Shown here in pieces: positions 1 to 13,373 of a stretch of 64,000 nucleotides of DNA. Source of the stretch: Macrostomum lignano (Eukaryota). Location of the stretch: NCBI GenBank assembly GCA_002269645.1, contig NIVC01000598.1, positions 408,286-472,285 of the forward strand. The letters run 5' to 3'. A program made the position numbers and the translations under genes. Below the pieces are notes generated by a model, which saw only the letters and a program-made list of their open reading frames with translations, had not been told where the DNA came from and searched no databases. How positions within the stretch are numbered: position 1 is the first letter of the stretch; the number at the start of each line of letters is the position of its first letter.

Positions 1-197
1 CTAAAAATATGCAAGAATTGGTACCTGTTGTACAGAAAAAAGGCATCAAACCACGTTTGTACATCAATTTAATTAAAGGTGCCCATAATTTACATTGGAC
101 ACAAACAAATCATGCAACATCCATGTAAAGAAAAAATGCGACTAAAAGTACAGAACTTTAGTGAAAGACGACTTTTTTTAAATATGATCCACAACTT

Positions 198-2374
198 CTA
201 ATCTTTCTCCAAAGCCGCAGTTCGGAGACAACCACCATCGAGGCACCTGAAAATAGGTTAAATGGGTTATACATTTACTAACGGAAAATAATGTACACGG
301 AATAGAGACCAGTGAGAATAAACACAGACAAACTGAAGAGAAACACAGACAAACTGAAGATAAACACAGAATAACTGAAGAGAAACACAGACAGACAAAC
401 TGAAGAAGAAAACACAAACAGACGAACTTAAAAACACAAAGATAAACAGAGCAGAAAACAAACAAAAAGGTTAAAACTTCAAAGCACCTCTGCTGAAGCA
501 CTAGAGGCAGCGGCAAGCTTCTAACGGCCTTTTCGTAACGCCATCCATATCCGGTCTCGAACCCCGGCCTCTCCATCTCGGACACCTTCAACAGCTGCCG
601 TCTGACACACGCACAGCACAGATCGCTTAGGCTGGCCACTCTACGGCAGCGGCAGGTGTCGCAGCTGCTCGGCGATACGCCGGCCGCGGACAGGGCGGCG
701 TGAAGTCGGTGCAGTTCGTCGCTGTGCCGGCAGTCCTGCAGATCCCAACCTGATGAGAGGCCGCCGCCGTCCCAGCCGTTGCTAAGCAACCAGGAGAGCA
801 GGCGGCGCACCAGGCAGATTCGAGTCTCGGCCACGCCAGGCCGACCGTCGTCGAGTCGCCTCGGGTGCAGCCGGTGTAGGCAGCGCAGCGGACCGGCGTC
901 GGACACGCGGTTGCCATGGAAACGGTAGCCTCTAGCAAGTGTGTGGGGGTTGAATAGGGCGCGAATTGATGGACATTTTAAGATCTGGAAATTTACCAAG
1001 CAAGGGACTAAGCGAGGACAGCAAGGCCTGAGGATCTTGGAGTCTGGCCCAGCAACTGAGGATCTGGGAGGGCGGTGGTGGCCCAGCAACTGAGGATCTG
1101 GGAGGGCGGTGGTGGCCCAGCAACTGAGGATCTGGGAGGGCGGTGGTGGCCCAGCAACTGAGGATCTGGGAGGGCGGTGGTGGCCCAGCAACTGAGGATC
1201 TGGGAGGGCGGTGGTGGCCCAGCAACTGAGGATCTGGGAGGGCGGTGGTGGCCCAGCAACTGAGGATCTGGGAGGGCGGTGGTGGCCCTGCAACTGAGGA
1301 TCTGGGAGGGCGGTGGTGGCCCAGCAACTGAGGATCTGGGAGGGCGGTGGTGGCCCAGCAACTGAGGATCTGGGAGGGCGGTGGTGGCCCAGCAACTGAG
1401 GATCTGGGAGGGCGGTGGTGGCCCAGCAACTGAGGATCTGGGAGGGCGGTGGTGGCCCAGCAACTGAGGATCTGGGAGGGCGGTGGTGGCCCAGCAACTG
1501 AGGATCTGGGAGGGCGGTGGTGGCCCAGCAACTGAGGATCTGGGAGGGCGGTGGTGGCCCAGCAACTGAGGATCTGGGAGGGCGGTGGTGGCCCAGCAAC
1601 TGAGGATCTGGAGGGCGGTGGTGGCCCAGCAACTGAGGATCTGGGAAGGCGGTGGTGGCCCAGCAACTGAAGATCTCGGAGGCTGGCCTAGCAACTGAGG
1701 ATCTGGGAGGATGGCCCAGCAACTGAGGATCTGGGAAGGAATTACCTATCGGCAAGGCTCTCCAGCAGTTCCCGACAGTCCAGCCAGGCCAGCCGCTGCC
1801 GATGCAGCAACAGCAGTACAAAGCCGGCCAGCGTTGTCGGCTCAGACCTGTACACCAGACTGCCGCCCTCCTCCTCCCGAACTCGACACTGGCTAACCTG
1901 AAATTGGGACTCCAAGCGAGGCAGCCGAGCAACGGAGATGAAGCACTGAGCCAGGCTCAGCATGCCCAGAGACAGCGCAGTCACCAGTGCGCTCCTGTCC
2001 GACAGCTCAGGCGACACAGTCGGCGGCAACGGCGGCGATTCCCGAGTCACCGACGCAGTAGGGTCGCAGCCTGCTGCCGACAGCAGATCATCTAAAATCA
2101 GCGGCGTCGGCGGCACGGAGGCGAGGAGCCGTTCCAGACTACTGCCAGTAGCATTCTTAGTAGTTGTGTCAAATTTTGAACAAGCCTCTGCGTATGCGGC
2201 CAGCACCGCCCAGCGAAGGAAGCCGTGCCGATCAAGCGCTCGGCCGGATGCTCGGCTTTGGGCTTCAGGCAGTCGGCCGGTGAGCAGCATCTGGCTGCCT
2301 GCGGCGACCAGCTGCTTCCGCGACAAGCCCGAAGGTGCGAAACGTCGCGCGGATTCCGCCTTGGCAATGCCCGG
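198..2374 (-). CDS. SOCS-box protein, possibly ASB-like with a degenerate ankyrin-type repeat; start codon not located
   Basis: Phase-compatible exons 2374-1746 (ttcag| ... AG|gtaatt), 931-488 (gctag| ... AG|gtgctt) and 246-198 (tttcag| ... TAG). The C-terminus reads VASLSDLCCACVRRQL...AVRSLPLPLVLQQRCL, i.e. a BC-box plus LPLP cullin-box pattern. SALVTALSLGMLSLAQCFI resembles an ankyrin repeat. The last donor is ambiguous; an alternative ends at 178. Confidence 0.55.
270..460. repeat. Degenerate ~21-bp tandem repeat (aaacacagacaaactgaagag) in the last intron of the SOCS-box gene
   Basis: About 6-8 imperfect copies visible. Confidence 0.7.
1045..1740. repeat. 34-bp G-rich intronic minisatellite (ccagcaactgaggatctgggagggcggtggtggc), ~18 near-identical copies
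   Basis: Direct periodicity; it accounts for the repetitive ORFs 932..1666 and 1008..1694. Confidence 0.95.
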
Positions 2375-2417
2375 CTGAAGAGTTTCAAAATCCAGTGGGT
2401 AGCTGTTGGATTTGAGA

Positions 2418-3132
2418 CCGGAACTGAACCCGATTCCAACCTGGAACTGAACCCGATTCCATTCCAACCTGGAACTGAACCCGATTCCAACCTGGAACTG
2501 AACCCGATTCCATTCCAACCTGGAACTGAACTCGATTCCATTCCATCATGGAACTGAACACGATTCCATTCCAACCCGGAACTGAACCCGATTCCATTCC
2601 AACCCGGAACTGAACCCGATTCCAACCTGGAATTGAACCCGATTCCATTCCATCATGGAACTGAACCCGATTCCATTCCATCATGGAACTGAACCCGATT
2701 CCATTCCAACCCGGAACTGAACCCGATTCCAACCTGGAACTGAACCCGATTCCATTCCAACCTGGAATTGAACCCGATTCCATTCCAACCCGGAACTGAA
2801 CCCGATTCCAACCTGGAACTGAACCCGATTCCATTCCAACCCGGAACTGAACCCATTCCAACCCGGAACTGAACCCGATTCCATTTCAACCTGGAACTGA
2901 ACCCGATTCCATTCCAACCTGGAACTGAACCCGATTCCATTCCAACCTGGAACTGAACCCGATTCCATTCCAACCTGGAACTGAACCCGATTCCATTCCA
3001 ACCTGGAACTGAACCCGACTCCATTCCAACCTGGAACTGAACCCGATTCCATTCCAACCTGGAACTGAACCCGACTCCATTCCAACCTGGAACTGAACCC
3101 GATTCCATTCCAACCTGGAACTGAACCCGACT
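2418..3132. repeat. 23/28-bp minisatellite (ggaactgaacccgattccattccaacct)
   Basis: Direct periodicity, with variants lacking the cattc pentamer. Confidence 0.95.
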
Positions 3133-3611
3133 TTAACTCGATTGAATTATATAGTCTAAAGATAAATATAATTTAAAAACGCAGTAAAAATATTTTTCAG
3201 ACAACCAAAACCGAGATAGATAGCTAGAGTGTATTTGATAACATTAGTAGCACTTGATGATAGTTTATAACTTTCAACAGAGTGAAACAAAATCAAACTT
3301 AAAGGGGTTTTTATCAATTTTTTTGTTTGTTTAGAATTTGAAATTAAATTTTTGGCATTTGAGACAGATTTGATGCGCATAGCATGAAAAACATTGTTTA
3401 GCTATATCTACTACTGCCAGTAAAGACCAAGAAACAAAAGTAGTAAACCCACACCAACATTGAAATCAGAGGCAGCATAGGCCAAATCTTATTAAACTAT
3501 ATAATAATTAACTAATTTTATTAAAGTGCTTTACGCAAATCAATAAATTTAATTTTACGATATTTCCACAAGTCAATTGTTCTGCTCATACTCTTTTGAA
3601 CAGCAATTTCA

Positions 3612-4575
3612 CTCCGAATCGATCACTCCAATTTCATTCTAGATCGATCACTCCGATTTCATTCTAGATCGATCACTCCAATTTCATTCTAGATCGATCA
3701 CTCCAATTTCATTCTAGATCGATCACTCCGATTTCATTCTAGATCGATCACTCCAATTTCATTCTAGATCGATCACTCCAATTTCACTCCTTTTCGATCA
3801 CTCCAATTTCATTCTAGATCGATCACTCCAATTTCACTCCAGATCGAACACTCCAATTTCACTCCAGATCGAACACTCCAATTTCACTTCAGATCGAACA
3901 CTCCAATTTCACTCCAGATCGAACACTCCAATTTCACTCCAGATCGAACACTCCAATTTCACTCCAGATCGAACACTCCAATTTCACTCCAGATCGATCA
4001 CTCCAATTTCATTCTAGATCGATCACTCCAATTTCACTCCTCTTCGAACACTCCAATTTCACTTCAGATCGAACACTCCAATTTCACTCCAGATCGAACA
4101 CTCCAATTTCACTCCAGATCGAACACTCCAATTTCACTCCAGATCGAACACTCCAATTTCACTCCAGATCGAACACTCCAATTTCACTCCAGATCGAACA
4201 CTCCAATTTCACTCCAGATCGAACACTCCAATTTCACTCCAGATCGAACACTCCAATTTCACTTCAGATCGAACACTCCAATTTCACTCCAGATCGAACA
4301 CTCCAATTTCACTCCAGATCGAACACTCCAATTTCACTCCAGATCGAACACTCCAATTTCACTTCAGATCGAACACTCCAATTTCACTCCAGATCGAACA
4401 CTCCAATTTCACTCCTCTTCGATCACTCCAATTTCATTCTAGATCGATCACTCCAATTTCACTCCAGATCAAACACTCCAATTTCACTCCTCTTCGATCA
4501 CTCCAATTTCATTCTAGATCGATCACTCCAATTTCACTCCAGATCGATCACTCCATTTTCACTCCAGATCGATCA
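3612..4575. repeat. 25-bp minisatellite (cactccaatttcactccagatcgaa) directly downstream of the TMEM183 stop codon
   Basis: About 38 copies in two sub-variants (attctagatcgat and actccagatcgaa). Confidence 0.95.
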
Positions 4576-4597
4576 CCCTCTCGCGTCACTCTGGCCG

Positions 4598-6027
4598 TCA
4601 CCAGCCCGCCAGTTCGTCGGCTCCACCTCCATCTCCATCTTCATCACTGGCAGCAGCTGCCACGCCAGACGATTCCCTCAGCGCAGGCAGGAAGCCCGGC
4701 CGCCACCAAGGCAAGAGTCGCGGCGCCGATGTGCAAGCGAATCGAATCGACCGACAATCGCCTGACTGCGCCGACCGGACAGTCAGCTCGCACCAGCAGC
4801 TGGCCGCGCCAGATGACGAACCAGTGAACTTGCCGACGCCACCGCAGCCGCCGCTGAAAGCCGTCAGGCAGCTCAACCCGGTCATCAGGCACCGATGATC
4901 CATCGCTAGCAGATCCTCAAGGCAGTGTGGCGGCAGGCCGCAGCTATCTAGATCGGCAACCAGAAGCCACTGGCCCTCAGTTGGGCAGCGGTATTGGTCT
5001 CGGATGGAATTAGATTCTATCGATCGCTCAGCCTCCGCGTTGACCAGAGCCGCTAGGCCGACAGCCTCATCTTCCCAGCTGTCCGGTGGCGGTTTCGGTG
5101 CCGGCGGCGGCGGCCCTCGCTGGAACAGAACCAGCAGGCGACGGCGAGACGGCGAGACGGCGAATCGTTGAAATCGCAACCCGGTCGGCGGCGCGCGACC
5201 ACCGGACGGCCAGCGGCAGCAGTAGTCAGTGACGCCGAAGTGCCAGCGATGCAGAGCGCGGATGACCCGGGGCCGGACGCCGAGCTGGCAGGTGAGAATG
5301 GCCGATCGTTGCAGCTCGTGCGGCGCCTCGACGTCGGCCTGGGCGGCCGGGTTCCAAGCCCAGCGCAGGTAGAGCCGGCGCCAAAACGAGCGCTGCTGAG
5401 TAACCTGACGAGCATCGCGGCACAGGCTGGCAAAGGCGGACACGGACTCCGGGTGAATGTATTCGCCGATCAGCTGCCAGAGCAGGGCCGGGTAAACCTT
5501 TGCTGACTGCTCAGCCCTGCCGGCGCTGATGCTGTTAGCCTGCTGACGAATCGCTGAGCGACCACGCGGCGGTTCGATGCTTTCGCCATCGAAGTCTTCT
5601 TGATGCTCTTGCTCGAGTTCTTGTTCGTCGAATAACAATAGTTCAGCATCGAAGTCCTCGATAGTGCCAGCGGATTCTTCCGCAAGTTGGCTCAAAACTA
5701 AACGCCTGTCAGACACCCGCTTGGCAAGTCTGGCTATGGGGTCCCTGGCGTCGGCGTATTGACTGATGGTTACGTCTGCAAGTTTGAGGAAATATTCAAA
5801 AAAAACTAATATAAGGCTACTCGCGCCGTTTACACGCATAGCATCTGCATACAAACATGCGCAACACCTGGTGGATCTGGCCGGCTGTCGAGGGGCCCAG
5901 CCAAGGTAAGTCGCAAAAATTCTCACCCAGAAAAACAGACATTACGAGCTAGCTAAATAAAGTTCATAGGATTAAGATAAAACAACTCACCAGCCAAACA
6001 TTGGGTTTTTCCACGTTGACCAGGCAT
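4598..6027 (-). CDS. TMEM183: TMEM183-family protein with an F-box-like segment; 2 coding exons
   Basis: Exon 1 6027-5991 (ATG CCT GGT CAA CGT GGA AAA...GCT G|gtgagt) joins exon 2 5775-4598 (ttgcag|AC GTA ACC) to give MPGQRGKTQCLADVTISQYADA. VTISQYAD and YPALLWQLIGEYIHPESVSAFASLC...FWRRLY match what I recall of TMEM183 ([32 protein letters not shown]...FWTRLY). Confidence 0.85.
5848..5915. mobile_element. Terminal remnant of the CATACATGCGCAAC MITE family in TMEM183 intron 1
   Basis: catacaaacatgcgcaac...ggtaagtcgcaaaa resembles the left end of the element at 31753. Confidence 0.5.
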
Positions 6028-6577
6028 CAGCCAATTAATTTATTGTTTAGAAATCCCAAAACTTATTTTATTTGATTAAATGGCACCTTTTCAAAATACA
6101 AACAAGGAACCTGATTGTTAATTTGACTGCAAAAAGTGTTGCAATGTGTTTAGATTTATGCACAGCAGTAGTCAGTAGTAGTTATATTGTCAGTAGTCAG
6201 TCCAGAATGGCCAGGTAAAATGGCTGCCATTTAAGGCTAAATTTAGAAACATAGCCAACAAACAGTGCCTACCACCGTGACTCCATTGCAGGTGACCAGT
6301 CATGATCACTGAAAAATGAAAATTAATTAGCATAAATATTTTTGATTGTTATACATTCTACATATTTAACTAAGAATGTTTATTATAAAGTAAAAAATCA
6401 AAAAAATTATATCAAGAGTTAAAAAAACAATAAATAATACAATTTCTAAAATTTAAAAACTTTAATTTTTAATTGACTATAATAACATAGTTAGTGTTAA
6501 TTTTTGTTTTAAAATTCTTTTATAAATATATAAGTGAGATTTACTTTTTAAAGTCTGAGTCTAAACATATAAATGAC

Positions 6578-6877
6578 CATACATGCGCAACCTCCGAAAT
6601 TCGGTCGGCCATGCGACTTAGTTTTAACAAAAATGCGACGTAGTTTTTGGCCCAAAATGCGACTTACATGTAAAAAAAAACCATAAAGCAAAATAAACGC
6701 AACTTTGGGTAAACGGCAAGAGTAACTATGACTGTCTTATTAAGCCAAAATGCCTCGTCATCTACTTAGCACTACTACTTGGTTATTTTTTCAGGTGGGC
6801 ATTTTTGCGACTTCCTTGGTTGGCCGCCAAATCGGTCGGCCGGATCGGCCGACTTGGCCAATTGTTGCGCATGTATG
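6578..6877. mobile_element. 300-bp non-autonomous TIR element (MITE) with 8-bp TSD
   Basis: TIRs CATACATGCGCAAC / GTTGCGCATGTATG; TSD taaatgac at 6570-6577 and 6878-6885; internal gcgactta motifs. Same family as 31753-34354, in the opposite orientation. Confidence 0.9.
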
Positions 6878-9800
6878 TAAATGACTATTAGGTCTACTTA
6901 ATTGTTTTTGTAAAAAACACCAGAATGGAAATATATGCTAAGCCTAGAATAGATATATTGGCTCTAAAACAGTTATTGGCAATCTTCTAGTTTTTTACAT
7001 TTATTTATTTTAAAAAAATAATTATTTCTTTACTTACTGCAAGTAACTATTTAAACTTGTATATGTTTAAAACATGGCAGTGAGTCTATTTTATATCTGT
7101 CTACTAGTTTAGGATGGCTATTAGCTATGTCTATGGCCAAAACCTGCAATTATTCCCTGTTGATAGGCCTACCCACTTGGACTTTCTATAGTGTCATTGC
7201 CATATACACAAAACATAACACCTTTAGTAGCATACTTTTCTAAATAGTCTTTCTTGTCTAAGTAATCCAAACTAGTTTAATAAACTTTCTGTTGTTTATT
7301 AGTTAGGCCTACTCTATTATTTGTTGGTTGTTAGGCCTTAAAATTTGTTAAAATTTCAAAAAATATTTAAACTTGCAAAATGTAGAGCAAACAAAGTAGA
7401 GAGTGCTAGATCTAGAAAGAAGACAAAGAAATCAACTAGGCTTAAAACCTATTGCCTAAGGCTTACCCTTAATCTAGGGCTTACCAAAACAAAAGTGCAT
7501 AGAATGTACATTTTTTAATCTTTAGCTAACCAAACTAAAAAGTTAGGAATCTAATACCAACTTTAAAAATCATATATTTGTTACTAATGTCAATTATGTA
7601 ACACAAATGTTCATTATTAATTTAGAAGGGCTTATGGGTCGTTCGCAAATTCTAGAAGGAGCAAAAATTTTAACAATTTTCCGAACATTTACTATTGTTA
7701 CTGCCATATTCAAAATAATAGGACACTTTTATCTGTGAATAAAGATAATTTTTGGGTTGAACTTTATCATGCAAAAGTGTTTTTAATCATCTGGCGGTAT
7801 TAAGCGATAATTAGCGATGAAAAAATTCAAATTCAATCATTTCACCGATGTTAATTTTTGATACTACAAGATGTCTGTAGCTAAAACAAGTTGTTGTTGT
7901 GTTGAAACCTTGCTATATTACATTTAAAATGAAAGCTTATATAAATTTAATTTAAGAATTTTTTAAAGCACAATAAACTGCACTATAAATGATTTTATAG
8001 ACGCTTAACTGGACGCCTAGCATTTCCGGTGGGATAGCCTCTTTGCGTCTCACAAAATGTATTTTTCAGCTGACGTCTAGAATGTGCGCTTAAAATGATA
8101 CATTTTGATGCAGATAATTAGAAAAACATGTCTTATTATCTTTTTGTAAAAAATTGTTATGAAATAGAGCACTATTATTGATAAAAATAATTAAAAGCAA
8201 CCATGCATCGCAATTAACTCCTACTTTGAAGCACAAAATAAATATCCTGTAACCACACTAGCATTCTCCATGGAGCACCTTTTGAGCTGAAATTTTACAC
8301 AGATATCCAGTAAAGTAAACTGAGCAAATGATTTTTTTTGTTTTTGAAAATACTTCAATTTGGCTATGTATCAGTTAGTTCATTGGACATATTTATTATA
8401 TTTTTATTAAAATCCTTGTAACCAAGCTACAGAGAAACATGTGCAAAACTGGACCTTGAAATTTGACCTGAATGATCAGCAAATGTGTATCTCGAAATGA
8501 TTTTTTTTTGTTTTCATCAAGTCATTCTATGCTAATTTTTTCTGAAGGGAAAGATACCATATATTTAGAGTCAATAGGGGAAGCATTTAAACTTATTCAA
8601 TAGTCATTAAAATTGCAACTATATTATTATAATATAGTAATACTATTATACCTGTATTATATAGTAATATTAACTTCTAAGATGCCCTTATAAATTTAAG
8701 TAAAGACAACAGGCCTTAATTAATTAATCAGCATTTTGAAGAAACTGACCTTATACAGATGGGCCCCAAGCTAAGAAATGAATGTAGAGCTTATTTCGTG
8801 TAAGGTATAAAAATCAATTTATTATAATAATAAATACTCCTAATAAATTGGTTAAATTAGTTATTTACCTTGAATTAATTTAATTTAATAATTAAATATA
8901 TAAATTTGTTTCACTTCTTACTGCATTTAAATAGAGTACCTCTCTACTATACTATAGAAGTATAGTAAAAGTATGGTAAAAAAGTATAGTAAAAAATTTT
9001 CTTTAGTTTAATCCCAGCTTGCCTCAGTTTTTTAGTCTTAATACGAGCTAGATAGTAAGTGTTGATTAATTTGCTCCATCACCTTTTGCCACGGAAACAG
9101 CACATGTCGGACATGCAACACTCTTCCTGATCCCTGGATCCAAGATGACTGCTTCTGCTTCTTCAATGCTTGAAAACTGAGCTCATGGAGCTTTAGGTTA
9201 TGCTGTCAGAATGCTGCTGCCGGTGCTGTGTGTGTATGTGTGTGTCTTCTGTGGGTAGGTTCCCTGTCCCTCAGTTTAGCCACTGTTGTGGGCTAACTGG
9301 AGGAATTGCCGTTGTCGGTGCTGCAGGTGGCACTGCATGGTAGTATTGACGCTGTCAGTGACGCTGGCAAAGGCTTGGACGAAGCTAGGTGCCGTCATTG
9401 TCAGAAGGACATGCGTGTGCTGCTTAGACCAGTGCGCACATTCGACTGGACTCGTATCTGGTGCAGTCTGGTGTATTCACTGAGATTGTGTGGATCTGCC
9501 TCCTCGCATCACCTCAACCAGGCTCAATTTCTTTTGTAGAATTTTCGTGCGCTGCTTAACTGCATCTTGTGCCTGCTGAGTGATGCCAAGAATTGTGCCA
9601 CACAATAATTTGGCCCATAAACTACTCGTATATTATACATATGTATGCACAGCACACACACACGCTGTTCATTCATATTAAATGTACTAGTTAATGGAAT
9701 TCTCATCTCATGAGCTCTAGTCTATGGACAAACCTGAAATTACTAGAATATCTAGATAGATCTAAACTTCTTTGAGCAGCGCGCTGCGCTGCGATCAAAA

Positions 9801-11599
9801 TACATGTAGATTCTTTAGCGCAACTAATTAATAGTGTAGTACAGTCTACAGCCTGAAGTAGCCTGTGTAAGATGCGGAGGGATGATTTTTGCATAGGAAG
9901 CCACTACGGTAAGGTTGATGGAACTATGGGGAGGTGAGAGATTCAAAGCGAGGGACGGAAGCCATGCATAGTTCGATCATAAGTTTAATTTTTGCATGAG
10001 TCTGGGGATGCATTAACGAGAGGCGGACGAGAGCATAGAAATAAAGCGGGCTAAATATATTAATACACAAAATTACATGTACTAGCTAGTAATTTCAGAA
10101 TGGTCAGCGACTCCTCCGATTTGTATCCGCGACCGCGTGCCCACAAATCCCCCGGCAGACCCTGTCGCAGTTGGTGGTTGTGCACAGAATACAATGTTAA
10201 TTTTCGAGCTTCTCTGCAAAAAATGCGTGATGCACTCAATATGCGTGCTATAGTCTACTTCTTTGATTAGATGGCTGGGTTTTGCCTTTTCACTTGTGAT
10301 CATCAAAAGCTTGGGCGTCATTGCTACTGGTGTTTCAGTGTGCGCATTATGTCTGGTTATCATATTATGTGCATGTGCAGTGTCTTTTACCTACATTTTT
10401 GTTTGTCTCTGTTTCCTGCATGCTCTTTCGCATTTTTACACCTCGCACATCCTCATTTTTCTCAATTAACAAGTGAAATCTTTTCTTAAAGACTAATTGC
10501 TATTTTAGTTAAGCTAGTAGGTTTTTGGTAATTAAATAATTCAATTTTGTCTATTTTCCAAAAAGTTTCAAAAAATGAATTAATTAAAATAAATTTGAAT
10601 TATTTTAAGTTAATTGGAGTAAAATGTCTAATAAGTAACTATAATTTTTTATTTTAAGTACATGTAGCTTTGGTATAAGTATTAATGTAATAAGTACTTA
10701 AAGTAAAATCAAGCAAGTTATAGTTTTCAGAAATTATGCTACAAATAATCAAATATATACTAGTATCCGAATTCCTTTATTAAGGAACATGCAGTCGATA
10801 TTAAATTCACAATGTGCTTTTTGGTGTTCAAGGATAGTTCCCTGACTTTTTCTATTATTAGTTAGATTTTATTATATTTAATGTAAAAATGAAAACAATT
10901 CTATTAACCATAAAAATGAACATTCTTTATTTGTCGAATCATCTTAACTTTGAAAAGATACATAGTGAAAACTTGATTTTTAATTCAACCTTTCAAGACT
11001 TATTTAGACTTCTTAATTCAGTGATTAGTTAAACTGATCGAAGTCCTTTCGAGTGCATGCTATAATAATTTCGCACTTTTTCGCACACGATAATTTTAAA
11101 TGTCTGGGATTTAGAGCAGAGTAACAAAATGCTGTGCTCAAAAACATTTCCTTTGTCAATTTCTTGTTCTTTTATTTTTGCAAAAGAAATTTAACTGCAT
11201 ATTTAAAATAAAAATAGAAGAAAATTTTATTTTCTCTTTAATATTTTTGTCGTTTATTTTCCGCAACAAAGAATAACAAATAGCCTTGATTTCTTGTCAA
11301 TTTCAAGTTTTCTTGTGGTTTTAGTAGCAGCTTCTTACAGAAATTGTCGAAAGAATTTTTTTTGTACGATTATTGGTCGATGTATAAACTTTTTTTGCAA
11401 TAACAAAAAGTTGTGACCTAGCTTTGAGAACGACCCTTATATTTTATTCTAGGAAATTATTATTATTTTTGAAGTTGAATTCCCACCAAAATAACAACTA
11501 TTGTATAATTTGTTTTAATGTACTATTTTGTTTTAACGTAGAAATTTTGTTTTAGTAAGGCGAAATAATTTTGTTTTAGTTTGATGTTGTTTTAATGCA

Positions 11600-12440
11600 T
11601 GTTACACGAACCAATTAGACGAGACGTTGACTACTATAAATATAAGGCCAAAATAGAACGTTTCTTTAACCTCGACCTTTCGGGTTACTAACTCAGTTAA
11701 CAGGAAATTAAGATTTCTTGGTTCTTCTGAATTAGTTATTTGAAGCAGTATTGCAAGCTAAGTTACCGTGTTGGATAAAATTAAGATCGAGTGTTTTGTC
11801 AAAGCAGAAATTGCCGGTCAAGCGTTGTGCCCAGTAAAAGGGTGGAATACCCAGTCAAAGGGTGGAATACCCAGTCAAAGGGTGGAATACCCAGTCAAAG
11901 GATGGAATACCCAGTATAGAGGGTGAAATACTCAGTGTAAAGGTTGGATTACCCAGGAAGGGAGAATTTTCAGGCTGCTCCAGATTAGTGTGATGCAGTT
12001 CTAAGTCGTGAGAGACAGCACTTAAAGAAGCCGGAAACCCCTCGGTCTGTGGTAAACGCCGTGTCTGGACTGGATAATTGTAGGAATTTAGCAGTAGTCA
12101 GCAGTGTCTTGCCGCTCGGGCACTGAAGCTACCAAGGGTAATTCGTAGCGACGATTATAGCCCATAACGTAAAAGTACATGTAAGTATAGAAATATGATT
12201 CTTAGAAGTAGCAAACTTAGCAGATTTAGACAGTTCAGTGATTAAACTTTAGAATTAAATAGAGAGAGCCAGAAGGCCTGCTACAACTTGGTGGGATAGT
12301 TAAGAGAAGGGAGACTAAGCCTACAATAACTCGGTGATTCAGCGGTGGAATATTTATAAGCTAGAAAGTAGAATAACCCTGCTACAACTTGGTATCAGCT
12401 GTGGGATCCAGTAGAAATAGAGAGAAACCCCCTGCTACAT
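11600..12440 (+). mobile_element. Putative LTR-retrotransposon remnant (LTR 3' end plus primer-binding site)
   Basis: ...cctgctaca|act|TGGTATCAGCTGTGGGAT (12390-12407) resembles the tRNA-Leu-type PBS TGGTGTCAGAAGTGGGAT. The cctgctaca end motif occurs three times. The matching 5' LTR end and TSD were not found, so the left boundary is a guess. Confidence 0.45.
11831..11950. repeat. 20-bp tandem repeat (cccagtcaaagggtggaata) x ~6
   Basis: Direct periodicity that decays to the right. Confidence 0.85.
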
Positions 12441-13115
12441 TAATAATAATATTACTTTAATAAATATAGTAGCAATAAAATATCTATTTTGTAGCCAATT
12501 TAATTTATTCATTGTAGTATGAGAAAGGTATGCATGATTCATTAACTGCATTAGGCCTAATGATTCATGGGACTAATTATATAAACTTAAGCTCATAAGG
12601 ACCCATAGTCAGGAAGGTGGCAGATACGCCGGAATTTTTGGCGTGCATATGGTACACCAGATTTTTTTGGCGTGCTTTTTTGCCATGCTCAAAGCAATGA
12701 TAAAAAATATGGCGCAATTGGCGTGCTCAAAGGACAAGGTGGAGACCCCGTGGAGTCCCTAATTGTCCTCTTGCTTGTTCTCTCATTTACCAAATTTTTG
12801 TAACATTTTTTCCAAATCCAGCTTCCTGGTGCCACTGTGAGTAGAATGACGCATGTTATGTTCACATATCGCTTGTGTACATAGACATAGGTCAGGCGGC
12901 CTTTGAATTGGGCACAGACAGACGTCTATGGCACTTTGCTTTGGATTATTTTATAATCGACAAATGTATCACCAATAGGAAAAAATCAAACTCGCGCACC
13001 CCTTTAAATCCGCTAGCTTCTGCCTAAGCCCCCTACACCATTCCAATCACAATTTGCACATTGCATTGAAAATCTCTGTTGCTTAGCTTAAGTATGTGTG
13101 GGTTCCCCGACAGAG

Positions 13116-13373
13116 AGGCTTCATATTACCAATTCCAGAATCAGAATCGGTTCGGATCTTCCAAGAAAAAAAGCAGTATAACTATTTAATTCTGTTGAAT
13201 GTTTGACTGCCGTCACAACCTCACTTAGCACAATTTTTCACTTTCTTCTTGGCGATTGTCATTCAATGATAAAAACTTTATAGCACGTATCTCCCTCTAG
13301 TTATGGAGACAAAAAGTTATACTTCACAAATTGGTTCTGGTTCTAGAACCAGAACAAGCAATATGAAAAGGCC
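13116..13373. mobile_element. MITE-like element of the AGGCTTTTCAT family
   Basis: Ends aggcttcatatt and aatatgaaaaggcc; internal ccagaatcagaatcggttc motifs shared with 29832-30365. Confidence 0.5.

Noticed and set aside
178-3113. Repetitive ORFs (PDPQLLGHHR..., MESGSVPGWN...) as repeat proteins
   Set aside because: They are open in several frames only because the minisatellite units lack stops; the flanking splice sites exclude them from the real CDS.
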